From the IMG/VR virus record IMGVR_UViG_3300013132_000040, positions 12,318 through 76,317 of that record: a stretch of 64,000 nt of DNA; one strand, given 5' to 3'. Every line of letters begins with the position of its first letter. Position 1 is the stretch's first letter. The notes under the pieces were generated by a model. That model searched no databases. It had not been told where the DNA came from and saw only the letters and a program-made list of their open reading frames with translations. The stretch comes from a virus. Positions 30,203 through 40,282 of this stretch are shown piece after piece. A program made the translations under genes and the position numbers.

Positions 30203-30212
30203 GGTATTTATT

Positions 30213-30905
30213 ATGTTAATAGCCAATATGGTAGGCAAAAACGAGGCTGATAGATTTCTTGATGATGTGTTAAGGCATTTATCGGGTATTGTGGATCTTA
30301 TAGTTTTCACCGATGATTGTTCAGAGGATGAAACGAAACAGATAGCATCTGGTTATGCAGAAACTTTTAGCACAGAAGAAAATCTTTTTACTAAAGACGA
30401 AGGGCGCTTACGGACTATAGCTTGGTCAAATCTTTCGAAGTTTGCTAAACCTGGCGATTGGATTTTGGCTATTGACTGTGATGAAAAACTTTGGTCTACT
30501 GTTGAGAATTTTGACATGGTGTCTTTGCTTAACCAAAATAGATATGATGTAATTAATATTAAATTTTTCCATATGTGGAATGAAACGCAATATCGCGTAG
30601 ATAAATTATGGGCACCGAATGATAGCTCTAGATTGTTTAGGTTTTACGATGGGGGTGTCTTTAATGATCGTAAGTTGGCGTGTGGTTCTGAACCGACTTA
30701 TGTCAATTCTCTGATTCGTTCCGGAAGTTACTTGCGTGATAGCTCGCTCATTATGCAGCATCTTGGCTATGTTCGTGATGAAGATAAAAAAATGAAATTT
30801 GATAGATACATGCAATTAGATGGTGGCGATTTTCACCAAAAGAGCCATATAGAGTCTATTGTCGACCCCGAACCGGTTTTGCTCGATTGGCGTATATATG
30901 CCTAA
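30213..30905 (+). CDS. GT2-family glycosyltransferase
   Basis: GKNEADRFL, DDCSEDET, WILAIDCDE, HLGY. Confidence 0.85.
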   Translation: MLIANMVGKNEADRFLDDVLRHLSGIVDLIVFTDDCSEDETKQIASGYAETFSTEENLFTKDEGRLRTIAWSNLSKFAKPGDWILAIDCDEKLWSTVENFDMVSLLNQNRYDVINIKFFHMWNETQYRVDKLWAPNDSSRLFRFYDGGVFNDRKLACGSEPTYVNSLIRSGSYLRDSSLIMQHLGYVRDEDKKMKFDRYMQLDGGDFHQKSHIESIVDPEPVLLDWRIYA

Positions 30906-31575
30906 GGTTAGTGTTATATTGACCGTTTACAATAAGCCGCAGTGGTTGCGCCAATGTATCGATTCCGTATTGGCTCAGACATTTGATGATTGGGAATTAA
31001 TTGTATTGGAAGATAATTCTCCAAATCAAGAAGTCAAAAATATCCTAGAACAATACAGTTCTAATGAAAAAATTAAAATATATTATTCAGATGTAACAGA
31101 AGAAGATCGATACAAAACCGCAAGATACGCAACGCTCATAAATCATGGGGTAAGGAACATGTCATCTGGAGAATATATCAGTTATTTAACAGATGATGAT
31201 TTTTATTATCCCAATAGGCTTGAGAAGATGGCGAAAATGCTTGATATTACTGGTGTTCCAATCGTTTACGGAAATCAGCAGGTAGTGGATGCAGACGGTA
31301 ATCCTAGCGGCATTAGAGAAACACAAGGTATTTTGGATTCAGCTTGGAATATAGTGGATCATAACTCTGTAATGCATCGTAGGGATGTTTTTTTTGAGGC
31401 TGAAGGTTGGCCAGACTCGCCAGATATTTGGGGAGGTGCAGACGCCCACTTTTGGGAAAGGGTGACTAGTCTAGGCCATAAGTTCTACCCCATAGAAGGG
31501 GCTCCACTGGATGCCAAAAGGTACCATACCGGCAGCGTACAGTGGCTTGTGCATAACGGTCAGTTCTTCCCATGA
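30898..31575 (+). CDS. GT2-family glycosyltransferase (SpsA-like)
   Basis: VSVILTVYN, SVLAQTFDDWELIVLEDNS, GEYISYLTDDD, VDHNSVMHRR. Confidence 0.9.
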   Translation: MPKVSVILTVYNKPQWLRQCIDSVLAQTFDDWELIVLEDNSPNQEVKNILEQYSSNEKIKIYYSDVTEEDRYKTARYATLINHGVRNMSSGEYISYLTDDDFYYPNRLEKMAKMLDITGVPIVYGNQQVVDADGNPSGIRETQGILDSAWNIVDHNSVMHRRDVFFEAEGWPDSPDIWGGADAHFWERVTSLGHKFYPIEGAPLDAKRYHTGSVQWLVHNGQFFP

Positions 31576-32255
31576 CAACTACGCAATTCCCGGTACTCGT
31601 AACTTGCCGTGACAGGGTTAGTGACTTAAAGAACCTTATTTGTTGGTTTGAAAAAGTCGGATTAGAAAGAGTATATCTATTAGATAATCACTCAACATAT
31701 GAGCCGCTTTTGGATTTTTATGAGGAAACTTGGTGTCAAGTTTTAAAATTAGGGGATAATTTCGGCCACATTGCTGCCTGGAAAGCCAATATAGTACAGA
31801 CTATATGCGCAGACGAACATTTTATTGTCACGGACCCTGACGTAATCCCGGTAGAAGAGTGTCCTGATGATGCTGTTGATTATTTTTTTGACATTTTGAA
31901 TAAAGAAAATGACATTACTAAAGCGGGATTTGGTTTGAGGATAGATGATTTACCAGATTCGTTTAGGTTTAAGAATGAAGTTATACAATATGAAACACGT
32001 TTTTGGGACAAAAAGCACCATCCCGACTATAATCGCTCACCAATAGACACTACGTTCGCCTTGTATAAGCCAAATTCTACTCCAGATATAAGCTTCTCCA
32101 TTAGGACTTGCTACCCATATGTCGCTAGGCATATGCCATGGTATGTTGATAGCCACAATTTAACCGAGGAAGAAACCTACTATAGGGAACATGCAATTGA
32201 CTCAATAACTTCTTGGAATAAAGACCATTTGCCACATTGGTGGTCTCCTTCATGA
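31572..32255 (+). CDS. GT-A fold glycosyltransferase
   Basis: TCRDR, LLDNHSTYEPL, NFGH, IVTDPD, IDTTFALY, ARHMPWY. Confidence 0.8.
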   Translation: MTTTQFPVLVTCRDRVSDLKNLICWFEKVGLERVYLLDNHSTYEPLLDFYEETWCQVLKLGDNFGHIAAWKANIVQTICADEHFIVTDPDVIPVEECPDDAVDYFFDILNKENDITKAGFGLRIDDLPDSFRFKNEVIQYETRFWDKKHHPDYNRSPIDTTFALYKPNSTPDISFSIRTCYPYVARHMPWYVDSHNLTEEETYYREHAIDSITSWNKDHLPHWWSPS

Positions 32256-32923
32256 GTATTTATTGCGTAATTCCAACAATATGGAAAAATGATATGATTT
32301 ACAATTTAGTGAATCAGCTGAATCAGCAGAATGAATTTATCAATTTATTTGTACTTGATAATATTGCTCTTGGTTCAAAACATGTTGGTAGATTTGGTTC
32401 CGATAAAATATTTGAGATACCAACTAGTGGTCTCGGAATTTATGAGCAATGGAATCTCGGGGTAAAAGAATGCCTTAAAAACGATGATTGCGAAAGTATT
32501 GTTATATTGAATGATGATATTGTTTTAAAATGTGATAACTTTTTAAGTAAACTAGTTCATCCATTTGAGGATCCTTTAATTTGGGCCTCGTGTGCAAATT
32601 ACGACGATCGCGAATCGGACACTGAGTTTACTGGAGTATACGGAACCTACAAGGATAGAGGATTTGCAGGCTTTGCTTTCGGGGTTAAGGCGTCTGCTTA
32701 TTCTGAGGGTTTAGCATTTTTTGATGAACAGTATAACTGGTGGTTTGGCGATGATGACTTTGTTCATACTGTACATTCGGCAGGTAAAGAAACCGTAATG
32801 TCAATTGCGGCCAAAGTGGAGCACGTAAACGGCGGATCCCAATCGACCTCTCAATATACGCCAGAGTTTAATTATTTAGTCGAAAAAGACAAGGCTTTGT
32901 ATCTAAGGAAATGGCATGGATAA
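32252..32923 (+). CDS. GT2-family glycosyltransferase
   Basis: VIPT, VLDN, WNLG, ILNDD, GFAF, FDEQYNWWFGDDD. Confidence 0.82.
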   Translation: MSIYCVIPTIWKNDMIYNLVNQLNQQNEFINLFVLDNIALGSKHVGRFGSDKIFEIPTSGLGIYEQWNLGVKECLKNDDCESIVILNDDIVLKCDNFLSKLVHPFEDPLIWASCANYDDRESDTEFTGVYGTYKDRGFAGFAFGVKASAYSEGLAFFDEQYNWWFGDDDFVHTVHSAGKETVMSIAAKVEHVNGGSQSTSQYTPEFNYLVEKDKALYLRKWHG

Positions 32924-33590
32924 TCGAATAATATTGGGGGTTATAGGCAACGGTCGTTCAGAATTATTGGACGGAACTATTCAAACCCTTTTGTCGAATG
33001 TAAATTGCGATTTTTACAAAAAGATAATGATCAATGATACGGGGAATCAAGATTATCATAATTATTTAACAGAAAACTATGGAGATATATTTGAAATCAT
33101 ATCACATAGCAGCAATCAGGGCTTATCGGGTTCTATCATGTCGTTGTGGGATAGGTCTTCTGATTATGGTTTTGATTATATTTTTCATGTCGAAGAAGAT
33201 TTCTTATTTAATTTTCAAATAGATATTTTCGAACTAGTGTCTGTCTTGAACGCTGATCCTAATTTGGCTCAGATAGCTTTAAAAAGACAACCTGTTAACG
33301 ATTTTGAGTCTTCAATAGGTGGGTTCATGAACGCAGATCCATCTAGTTACCAAAAACATTGTTTGGGTAATCTAAAATGGTTGTCACATAGAAACTTTTT
33401 TACACTCAATCCAAGCCTCTATCCTAGGTGGGTTGTTGAGGTGGGCTGGCAAAACGGTTGGGGAGAAAAAGAGTTTGCAGACTTACTTTTTTCTAATGAA
33501 CAAATTGTTTGTGGATTTTTAGGAGACGTTGAAGACGAACCATTGGTTTTTCATACTGGAACTTACAGGGCGGCTAATTGGATGCTATAA
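32916..33590 (+). CDS. GT-A fold glycosyltransferase
   Basis: GRSELL, INDTG, NQGL, YIFHVEEDF, FTLNPSLY, HTG. Confidence 0.78.
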   Translation: MDNRIILGVIGNGRSELLDGTIQTLLSNVNCDFYKKIMINDTGNQDYHNYLTENYGDIFEIISHSSNQGLSGSIMSLWDRSSDYGFDYIFHVEEDFLFNFQIDIFELVSVLNADPNLAQIALKRQPVNDFESSIGGFMNADPSSYQKHCLGNLKWLSHRNFFTLNPSLYPRWVVEVGWQNGWGEKEFADLLFSNEQIVCGFLGDVEDEPLVFHTGTYRAANWML

Positions 33591-33598
33591 TATAAGTA
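33583..33598 (+). promoter_or_regulatory. Extended -10 promoter TGCTATAAT, probably leaderless
   Basis: TGnTATAAT ends 7 nt before ATG 33599. Confidence 0.5.
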
Positions 33599-34225
33599 AT
33601 GTTTCGTAGTTTGGATAATTTTATGATTAAAAAACTTGTTATAGTGGGCGCAGGGTCTCATGGGTACGGAATACAAACCATAGTTCATGCCATTAACGAG
33701 AATCGCTACGAATGGGATTTATTAGGGTACTTAGATGATGATTCAAGTAAGGCCGGCGTTATAGGGCCTGTCAACTCTGATATAAAAAGCTGCTACTATA
33801 TAATTGGTGTTAATAATCCTAACTTAAAAAAAGCACTCCATAAAAATATTAGTTTAAAAAAAGCAGCAACTTTGATCCACCCATCGGCGTTAATAGGGCC
33901 AAATATGACATTTGGTTATGGTATTGCTGTTTTTGCTGGTGCAATTTTTACTGGAAAATCCACCGTAGGAAATCATTCCCACGTGAATGTTGGTTCAACT
34001 ATTAGTCAAGGTTCTAATATTGGTGAATATTGCAGTATCGGCCCAGGTTGCAATATAGCCGGGCAAGTAATCATTGGCAGCGGCACACTTGTCGGCACGG
34101 GTGCTTCAATAGTTAATCTAATAAAAATAGGTCAAGATTCAAAAATTGGTGCAGGTGCTGTCGTTATAAATAGTTTCCCAGAAGAGAATAAAACAATCGT
34201 TGGTGTCCCGGCAAGGTGCTTGTAG
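33599..34225 (+). CDS. Sugar O/N-acyltransferase, PglD/NeuD-like (left-handed beta-helix)
   Basis: IVGAGSHG, GYLDDD, LIHPSA, hexapeptide repeats, VGVPAR. Confidence 0.88.
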   Translation: MFRSLDNFMIKKLVIVGAGSHGYGIQTIVHAINENRYEWDLLGYLDDDSSKAGVIGPVNSDIKSCYYIIGVNNPNLKKALHKNISLKKAATLIHPSALIGPNMTFGYGIAVFAGAIFTGKSTVGNHSHVNVGSTISQGSNIGEYCSIGPGCNIAGQVIIGSGTLVGTGASIVNLIKIGQDSKIGAGAVVINSFPEENKTIVGVPARCL

Positions 34226-34226
34226 A

Positions 34227-34976
34227 GTGGGTAAAGTTTTTGGCATTTGCATGGTGAAAAACGAGGAAGATGTAATTGGTCATACTATCAATTATTTTTT
34301 GACTCAGGAATTTGATGGGTTTATTATCGCAGATAATTTATCTACAGATAATACTAGAAACATTCTGAATGAACTCGCTTTTAAAAATAGTTCTATTATT
34401 GTCGTAAACGATAACGAGGTAGGTTATTATCAGTCAAGAAAAATGACCGGTATAGCCAACATGGCTGCAGAATTTGGGGCAGAGTGGATAGTCCCTTTTG
34501 ACGCAGACGAACTTTGGTATAGCACTACCGGAGCTACTGTGGGTTCGACATTGCGCTTAATGCGCGAAGACGTTGCCGTAGCAAAGGTGTGGGATCATAT
34601 ACCTCAGGAATCTGATCCAAATAATCCCAACCCGTTTAAATCTATTGTGCACAGGGAAAGGGAGCCGGAACTATGGCCTTGCGTAGCTTATCGCTATGAG
34701 ATTGGCTCAATTTTACTTCAGGGGAACCATGATGTTATAAGATCTGGTGAAAGAAATTTTTCGGATATAGAAATTAGGCATTTTCAATACAGGTCATTTG
34801 ATCAGTTTAAGAGAAAATTAATAAATGGCAGAAAAGCATACGAAGCTACAAATTTGCCCGAAACAGAAGGCACCCATTGGAGGCGTATGGGTGGCCTAGA
34901 TGATAACGGTCTTTGGTTTGAGTGGCAAAAGTTAATCAACCAAGATTTAGTTTACGATCCAGCACCAATGTTGTAA
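34227..34976 (+). CDS. GT2-family glycosyltransferase
   Basis: MVKNEEDVI, ADNLSTDNT, WIVPFDADE, QGNH, RHFQYRS. Confidence 0.85.
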   Translation: MGKVFGICMVKNEEDVIGHTINYFLTQEFDGFIIADNLSTDNTRNILNELAFKNSSIIVVNDNEVGYYQSRKMTGIANMAAEFGAEWIVPFDADELWYSTTGATVGSTLRLMREDVAVAKVWDHIPQESDPNNPNPFKSIVHREREPELWPCVAYRYEIGSILLQGNHDVIRSGERNFSDIEIRHFQYRSFDQFKRKLINGRKAYEATNLPETEGTHWRRMGGLDDNGLWFEWQKLINQDLVYDPAPML

Positions 34977-34985
34977 GGGGTAAAA

Positions 34986-35618
34986 ATGAGGGATGACGAG
35001 TACTGGAGAAAAGAAGCGGTATTAAAAGACATGCTTTTTGAATCAAATATGCCGTTGAGCGAAATAGCCAATAGACTCTATATAACTAGGCCAGAGTTAA
35101 ACGCCCTATTAAAAAAAACTGGCCTTTCTTGGGTTAAGAGAAATAATAGGAAACTTTCCAGGGGACATTCTGCCTTGACTCAGATGATGCAACGTATACT
35201 TCCAAATGAGGAGATTGTAAACGAGTTTCATATCGGCGAACGATTAAGGCTGGATATATATTGCCCTTCATACAACTTGGCGGCAGAGTATCATGGTCGT
35301 CAGCATTTTTTCTTTTCAAGCCATTTTCATGATGATTTAGCCTCCTTTCACGAGTCGGTTGAAAGGGACAGAAAGAAAGAGGAAGTTTGCAGAGAAAATG
35401 GTATAGCTTTAGTCGTATTTAGATTTTCCGACGAGCTTAGTGAAGAGGCCGTATTTAGGAGAATGCTCGAAGCAATTAAGGCTACGCCTAAGGTGGAAAC
35501 TGTAAGAGATAAAAAAATTTATAAGGGTCATCATTATTACGAAAAAGTTAAAAAGCAAAATAAAGATTACAGAAAAGCAAAGTATAGAGAGCTAAAGAAA
35601 AAAAATGGATTTAAATGA
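34986..35618 (+). CDS. HTH + PD-(D/E)XK (Vsr/DUF559-like) nuclease-domain protein
   Basis: N-terminal HTH (LSEIANRL); LRLDIY...AAEYHGRQH...RDRKKEEVC...GIALV. Confidence 0.7.
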   Translation: MRDDEYWRKEAVLKDMLFESNMPLSEIANRLYITRPELNALLKKTGLSWVKRNNRKLSRGHSALTQMMQRILPNEEIVNEFHIGERLRLDIYCPSYNLAAEYHGRQHFFFSSHFHDDLASFHESVERDRKKEEVCRENGIALVVFRFSDELSEEAVFRRMLEAIKATPKVETVRDKKIYKGHHYYEKVKKQNKDYRKAKYRELKKKNGFK

Positions 35619-37062
35619 AGAACTTGCGTACCCATTAGAGTACCAAGTATTTGGCCTTTCAATGAAAGAGCCAGGAGCTATTAGCTACTTTGTCGAACAC
35701 CTTCCCGACGAAGCGGTAGGCTTACTTAATGGTGACACTGGTCTTTACGAGTTGTATATTGCGTTTAAGGATTTTTATGTTAAGACCAATTTAGACCCTG
35801 TTGATCCTATCGCTTTCCGCGCCTGGCTAGAATCTGAATCGGACATATGGGATGCGCTTGGGGGTATTGCTGGCGTTAATCTTTTAATAGAGTCTATTTT
35901 AACTATTGATCTATCAAACGCGCAGTCAATAACAAAAATACTAAAGCACAGAGCAAATAAGCGCCGACAAAAAAATATCTTCCAAGATCTTCAATTCCTT
36001 TTAAATAAAAAAGGTCATAAAACCGATGAGGAAATTGAGAAGATCAATACCTTAACGGAACAGATTAGGGCACTTGAAGGTGACCTAGACTACGACCCTC
36101 TAGATAGGGTAACAACCGCGAAAGATATAGCAATGCGCGCTTCAATGCTCATGGAAGTGCCAGACTTCTTACCTACTCCATTTAAGATGTATAATAAAGC
36201 TCTAGGTTACACTGAAGATGGTGGCTACTTTAGGGGCGCGGTTCACGCTATTGTTGCTATGTCTGGTTTTGGTAAATCAACTTTTGCGAAAACCCTAGTT
36301 AACTATTGGGTTGATCAGGGCTATACTGCTTTGTATATTAATTTCGAAGAAGCTCAGACCCATTGGGAGAGAGTTTTAATGAGTCAAATTTTAGATGAGA
36401 ACGTTTATGCCAATGCAGATCATTGGAGCCAAGAGGAGAAAAACGAGAGAGTTTTAAGATTTTCGGAAAAAATGAACGAATGGGGAGACCGCTTTATGGT
36501 TCGTCACGATCCGGACAGTTCGTATTACGATGACCTAGAACTTTGGCTGAAAGATATTATGGGGCATAATGAGAATCCTCCGGATATCGTGGTGATAGAT
36601 ACTCTCCAATCAATGTACACGAAAGGTGGCGGTGGTGCAAGGTGGCAGGAATTTGAACGCATGATGGTGAGGTTAGAGAGGTTAGCGAAAGTAATGAATG
36701 CAGTTTTTATAGTGACTAGCCAACAAAACAGCAACGCGATCAAAGAGAAGCGCGACGTTATAGAGCAGTCTGATGTTGGTGGTTCTTTAGCCATTATACA
36801 GAAATCTTCAGTGGTCACATTTATAACGCAGAAAAAGCTTATCAGCAACGATGAATCTGAGGATGATTATTTAATGCAGCTCCAAATACCCAAAAATAGA
36901 ATTACGGGTTCCACATTTAACTATGATCCACCTCTAGTTAGGTATGATGATAATAGTAAATCTTATAAGGACTTTGAAATGACTTTCCAGGATATGCCAG
37001 ATTATAATATCTCAGAGGTTTTGGCAACCGACATTTTTGGACTGGGAGATATTCATGCCTGA
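35605..37062 (+). CDS. Replicative DnaB-like (SF4) helicase
   Basis: Walker A AMSGFGKST, YINFEE, Walker B VVIDTLQ, TSQQN, IPKNR. Confidence 0.85.
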   Translation: MDLNEELAYPLEYQVFGLSMKEPGAISYFVEHLPDEAVGLLNGDTGLYELYIAFKDFYVKTNLDPVDPIAFRAWLESESDIWDALGGIAGVNLLIESILTIDLSNAQSITKILKHRANKRRQKNIFQDLQFLLNKKGHKTDEEIEKINTLTEQIRALEGDLDYDPLDRVTTAKDIAMRASMLMEVPDFLPTPFKMYNKALGYTEDGGYFRGAVHAIVAMSGFGKSTFAKTLVNYWVDQGYTALYINFEEAQTHWERVLMSQILDENVYANADHWSQEEKNERVLRFSEKMNEWGDRFMVRHDPDSSYYDDLELWLKDIMGHNENPPDIVVIDTLQSMYTKGGGGARWQEFERMMVRLERLAKVMNAVFIVTSQQNSNAIKEKRDVIEQSDVGGSLAIIQKSSVVTFITQKKLISNDESEDDYLMQLQIPKNRITGSTFNYDPPLVRYDDNSKSYKDFEMTFQDMPDYNISEVLATDIFGLGDIHA

Positions 37063-37870
37063 ACAGAAGATCATAAATCTGACAGCAGAATCCATAAAAG
37101 ACTTTCAAACATGTGCACTACTTTATAGGTATAGGCATTTAGATGAAATGTACGAACAAATTCCATCTAGGGATTTAATGTCTTTGCGTTACGAAAACAC
37201 AATAAAGAAACTAGCCGCTTTCTTTTTTTATAAAAAGCAAGGCGGTATTGTCCCTTCTGTTTCGGCTATTTTAAATAGGTGGGAGAAACTTTGGTTTCCG
37301 AAGGATGTTTCCGCATATGATATAGCTGTGGAAAAGCATGAATCATTGTGGGGAAATGTTTCTAGTATGAACACAAAAGCAGTCAACTGTATTATGCAAT
37401 TTTACGAAGATTTCTCGGAAGACAATAATGATCCTATACTAATTAATGAGGATTTTTTAACAACTATTTCTAACTCGTCCAGATTAACTGGTGCTTTTGA
37501 TTTAGTCCTTAGAGATCCGAAGACTAAAAAAATTTCAGTCATAAAATGGTTAGCCGCCCCTAAGCGACCAAACATTAGTTCTTTGTCTGTAGATTTTTCT
37601 ATTTTAAAATTTGCTTTTGAGTCAAAAAATCCGGATAAAAAAGATAGTGTCCGATACTACGCGTATGATATCGGTTCAGAAAAAAACGCCTTAATTGAAG
37701 TAGGCATTCAAGACGCCGATATTAATAGTCTTGTTTATTGGTCTAAGCAGGTTGAAAAAAGTAAGACATTTGTTCCGCGTCGAGGACTAACCAGCTACTG
37801 CAAAAAGTGCCCGTTTGATAATCCATGTAGAGAATTTTGTGTCACATCTGAAATGATAGTAGAACCATAA
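37055..37870 (+). CDS. Cas4/RecB-like PD-(D/E)XK protein, possibly catalytically degenerate
   Basis: SIKDFQTC, GAFDLV, C-terminal CKKCPFDNPC; the expected D-x-K is replaced by VIKWL. Confidence 0.65.
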   Translation: MPEQKIINLTAESIKDFQTCALLYRYRHLDEMYEQIPSRDLMSLRYENTIKKLAAFFFYKKQGGIVPSVSAILNRWEKLWFPKDVSAYDIAVEKHESLWGNVSSMNTKAVNCIMQFYEDFSEDNNDPILINEDFLTTISNSSRLTGAFDLVLRDPKTKKISVIKWLAAPKRPNISSLSVDFSILKFAFESKNPDKKDSVRYYAYDIGSEKNALIEVGIQDADINSLVYWSKQVEKSKTFVPRRGLTSYCKKCPFDNPCREFCVTSEMIVEP

Positions 37871-37872
37871 GT

Positions 37873-38544
37873 ATGAGCGAAAAGAAAAAGATACTCAATC
37901 AAATTATCGAATCTTCCAAGAATGTTGTAAGTGATAAGGACTTAGAAGATACAATTTTAGAGCCATTGATGGATGAAATCGACTTGATTCGAGATCCGTC
38001 TATATCCTCATTTGTAAGATCTTTGCTTTTAAAGTCTTTTACATTTTGGAAAATCCCAGGAAGTTTTGCTAGCGTGTACCACCCACCCGATGAGGACAAC
38101 GAATACGGAAACATACTACATACAAAAAGGGTTGTTAGAATCGCTTTGATTATGTGCAGTAACTTAAGCTTTTCTAACGTAGAAACAGATATAATAGTAG
38201 CGGCATGCATTCTACATGATTTAACAAAGGGTGTACAAAATTCTGAAGGGCAAATTGACTATGACGAATTCCACTCATATACGATAGATAAGTTTTACAA
38301 CTACGCTAAAAGACAAGACATGCTGGCTTCAGAAACGCAGTCCTCCGTACTTCACTTGGAAGATGAGATGGTCTTCAGAATACTTAGGCTCATACATTGC
38401 CACGAGGGTCGATCGTCAAAGATTGCGGAAACAATACCAATAACCGAAGAAGAACTTATAGTCGCTAATGCAAATTCTATAGCGAGTCGTTTACACTGGG
38501 TTATTGATGGCGACGAAATCGTGATGGATAGATGGCTACTATAA
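37873..38544 (+). CDS. HD-domain phosphohydrolase
   Basis: YHP...LHTKRV, ILHDLTKG, HCHEG. Confidence 0.75.
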   Translation: MSEKKKILNQIIESSKNVVSDKDLEDTILEPLMDEIDLIRDPSISSFVRSLLLKSFTFWKIPGSFASVYHPPDEDNEYGNILHTKRVVRIALIMCSNLSFSNVETDIIVAACILHDLTKGVQNSEGQIDYDEFHSYTIDKFYNYAKRQDMLASETQSSVLHLEDEMVFRILRLIHCHEGRSSKIAETIPITEEELIVANANSIASRLHWVIDGDEIVMDRWLL

Positions 38545-38723
38545 AAAGCAAGGAATGGAATTCAAATATAGAATGCAAATGCGGTTCCAGTATCAGCGCT
38601 TATTCTTTAACTTATGCAGAAAATAGATCATTTTATTATTTTAAATGTAGCGGTTGTAATGTTAGTGGTAAGTGGCAGGATTTAGCTAGGGGATACTTTG
38701 AGTTTAAACGACGAACGTCTTGA
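38532..38723 (+). CDS. Small zinc-ribbon protein
   Basis: CKCG...CSGC. Confidence 0.5.
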   Translation: MATIKSKEWNSNIECKCGSSISAYSLTYAENRSFYYFKCSGCNVSGKWQDLARGYFEFKRRTS

Positions 38724-38874
38724 AAAAAGAAATTGGTTAATTAATAATTTTGATTTGATTTTTAATCAGGGCATCTATTATAGGACGCATAAAGAAATGT
38801 TTAAGCTAAAAAAACAAACATTATTCAACATTAAAGAACAAGAAGGTGTAGTGGTGATAGATGAGGCTCCCTGA
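38698..38874 (+). CDS. Small hypothetical protein (58 aa, not in ORF track)
   Basis: TTG-start ORF (LSLNDERLEKRNWLINNF...) after AGGGGA; fills the gap and overlaps the primase start. Confidence 0.45.
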   Translation: MSLNDERLEKRNWLINNFDLIFNQGIYYRTHKEMFKLKKQTLFNIKEQEGVVVIDEAP

Positions 38875-40063
38875 TTCTGGCGATAAATATACAAACCAAT
38901 GGAAGTATGTAGAAGTCGGAAGGCATGTGAGCGACCTTGGTAGGGTTATTAGGGATAAGAAAAATAATAAACCTATTTTTTATGATATCTCAGAAATACC
39001 GCAATACGCGACCGCACACGAAAACCGTGGAATATACACTTCAGTGTTCCAATACAATAGTGCAGATATAGATGATTCTATTAGACTTGGTTCTTTGTAC
39101 TTTGATTTGGATTCGTCAAATCTAAAACTATCTCACGAAGAAGTTAAAAGACTGTATCATTTTTTTTCCGACTTCATGCCGCCAGGTTCTATCCGTGTTT
39201 ACTTTACTGGATTTAAAGGTTTCCACCTTGAGCTTGAAGCCCTATCTTTAGGTGTAACACCAAATAACTCATTGCATGATTTATTTAGGTATATAGCAAA
39301 CGACATTAAGCTTCGCTTGGATTTGGAGACGATTGATTTTGCGGTTTACGATCCTAGAAGAATGTGGAGGTTACCTAATTCCGTTCATCAGAAAACTGGT
39401 TTGTATAAAAATGATATCTCCCTTGATGAAAGCCTAATGTTTGGAGATATCGAAGAAATAAGAAAGTACTGTCGAGAGTCGCGGCCCGTTGAGATTCCCG
39501 AACAGGACTTTAACCTAAAAGCAAATGAGTGGTACAGAAATTATATATATAAAAGGGAAGAAGAAAAACAGAGTCAAAAATATACCCAAGAATATTTACT
39601 TGAAAGATTCAGGAAACAGGGTACTTCTGTTCTGCGAACGGTAGAGGAAAATAGGCTTTTTGACCCGCAAAGGCTTTTTGAAAACTGTGGTTCCATTATG
39701 AGGATATGGGAAAAAGCCGAGAAAGAAAAGCACTTGGAACATGAGGAAAGATTATTTTTATGTTCGTTACTAACTTATTCTGATGATGCATTGTTTTATT
39801 TGCATGAGATACTGAAAAATTGTGATGACTATAATTTTGAGAAATCCCAGGCACATATAGACGATTGGATTAAAAGGAGAGAGCTAGGCATCGGTGGTCG
39901 ACCCTATACTTGCGATAGGGCAAATTCCGTTGGTGTGGGGTGTGGAAATTGTAACCTTGAAAAAAAGAAAAAATGGATTAAGGTTGGAGAATCATTCGTA
40001 GAAACGGATGAGGAGTCTTCTCCTTCGCCAATACGCTTTGCATATAGAAACAATATAGATTGA
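38861..40063 (+). CDS. Archaeo-eukaryotic primase fused to a PriL-like Fe-S C-terminal domain
   Basis: AEP motifs YFDLD, FTGFKGFH, DPRRMWRLPNS-H-KTG; C-terminal C...HLEHEERLFL...PYTC...GVGCGNC. Confidence 0.8.
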   Translation: MRLPDSGDKYTNQWKYVEVGRHVSDLGRVIRDKKNNKPIFYDISEIPQYATAHENRGIYTSVFQYNSADIDDSIRLGSLYFDLDSSNLKLSHEEVKRLYHFFSDFMPPGSIRVYFTGFKGFHLELEALSLGVTPNNSLHDLFRYIANDIKLRLDLETIDFAVYDPRRMWRLPNSVHQKTGLYKNDISLDESLMFGDIEEIRKYCRESRPVEIPEQDFNLKANEWYRNYIYKREEEKQSQKYTQEYLLERFRKQGTSVLRTVEENRLFDPQRLFENCGSIMRIWEKAEKEKHLEHEERLFLCSLLTYSDDALFYLHEILKNCDDYNFEKSQAHIDDWIKRRELGIGGRPYTCDRANSVGVGCGNCNLEKKKKWIKVGESFVETDEESSPSPIRFAYRNNID

Positions 40064-40069
40064 GGTAAT

Positions 40070-40282
40070 ATGGCTAATCAAGATGATTTTATACATGGTT
40101 TTTGCACTGATTGCAGGAGCCAGATGACTGACCAGTGGATGACGCGCAACCCGTTTGCACAGGGCGGTAAGACACCATCCTGTCCAGTTTGTGGCGGTGT
40201 TGTTGCGGTTATGGATTCTCGTAACGCAAAGAGACAAATAGATAAGTCGCAAAGAGATCGTGGCATTCCGGTGGTCGACTAA
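40070..40282 (+). CDS. Small zinc-finger protein
   Basis: CTDC...CPVC; GAGG SD. Confidence 0.6.
   Translation: MANQDDFIHGFCTDCRSQMTDQWMTRNPFAQGGKTPSCPVCGGVVAVMDSRNAKRQIDKSQRDRGIPVVD

Noticed and set aside
27587-34976. A firm call of a DNA base-hypermodification pathway
   Set aside because: ThyX and dCMP deaminase look like ordinary dTMP supply, and no hydroxymethylase, TET/JBP or other base-activating enzyme is visible here; kept only as an alternative hypothesis.
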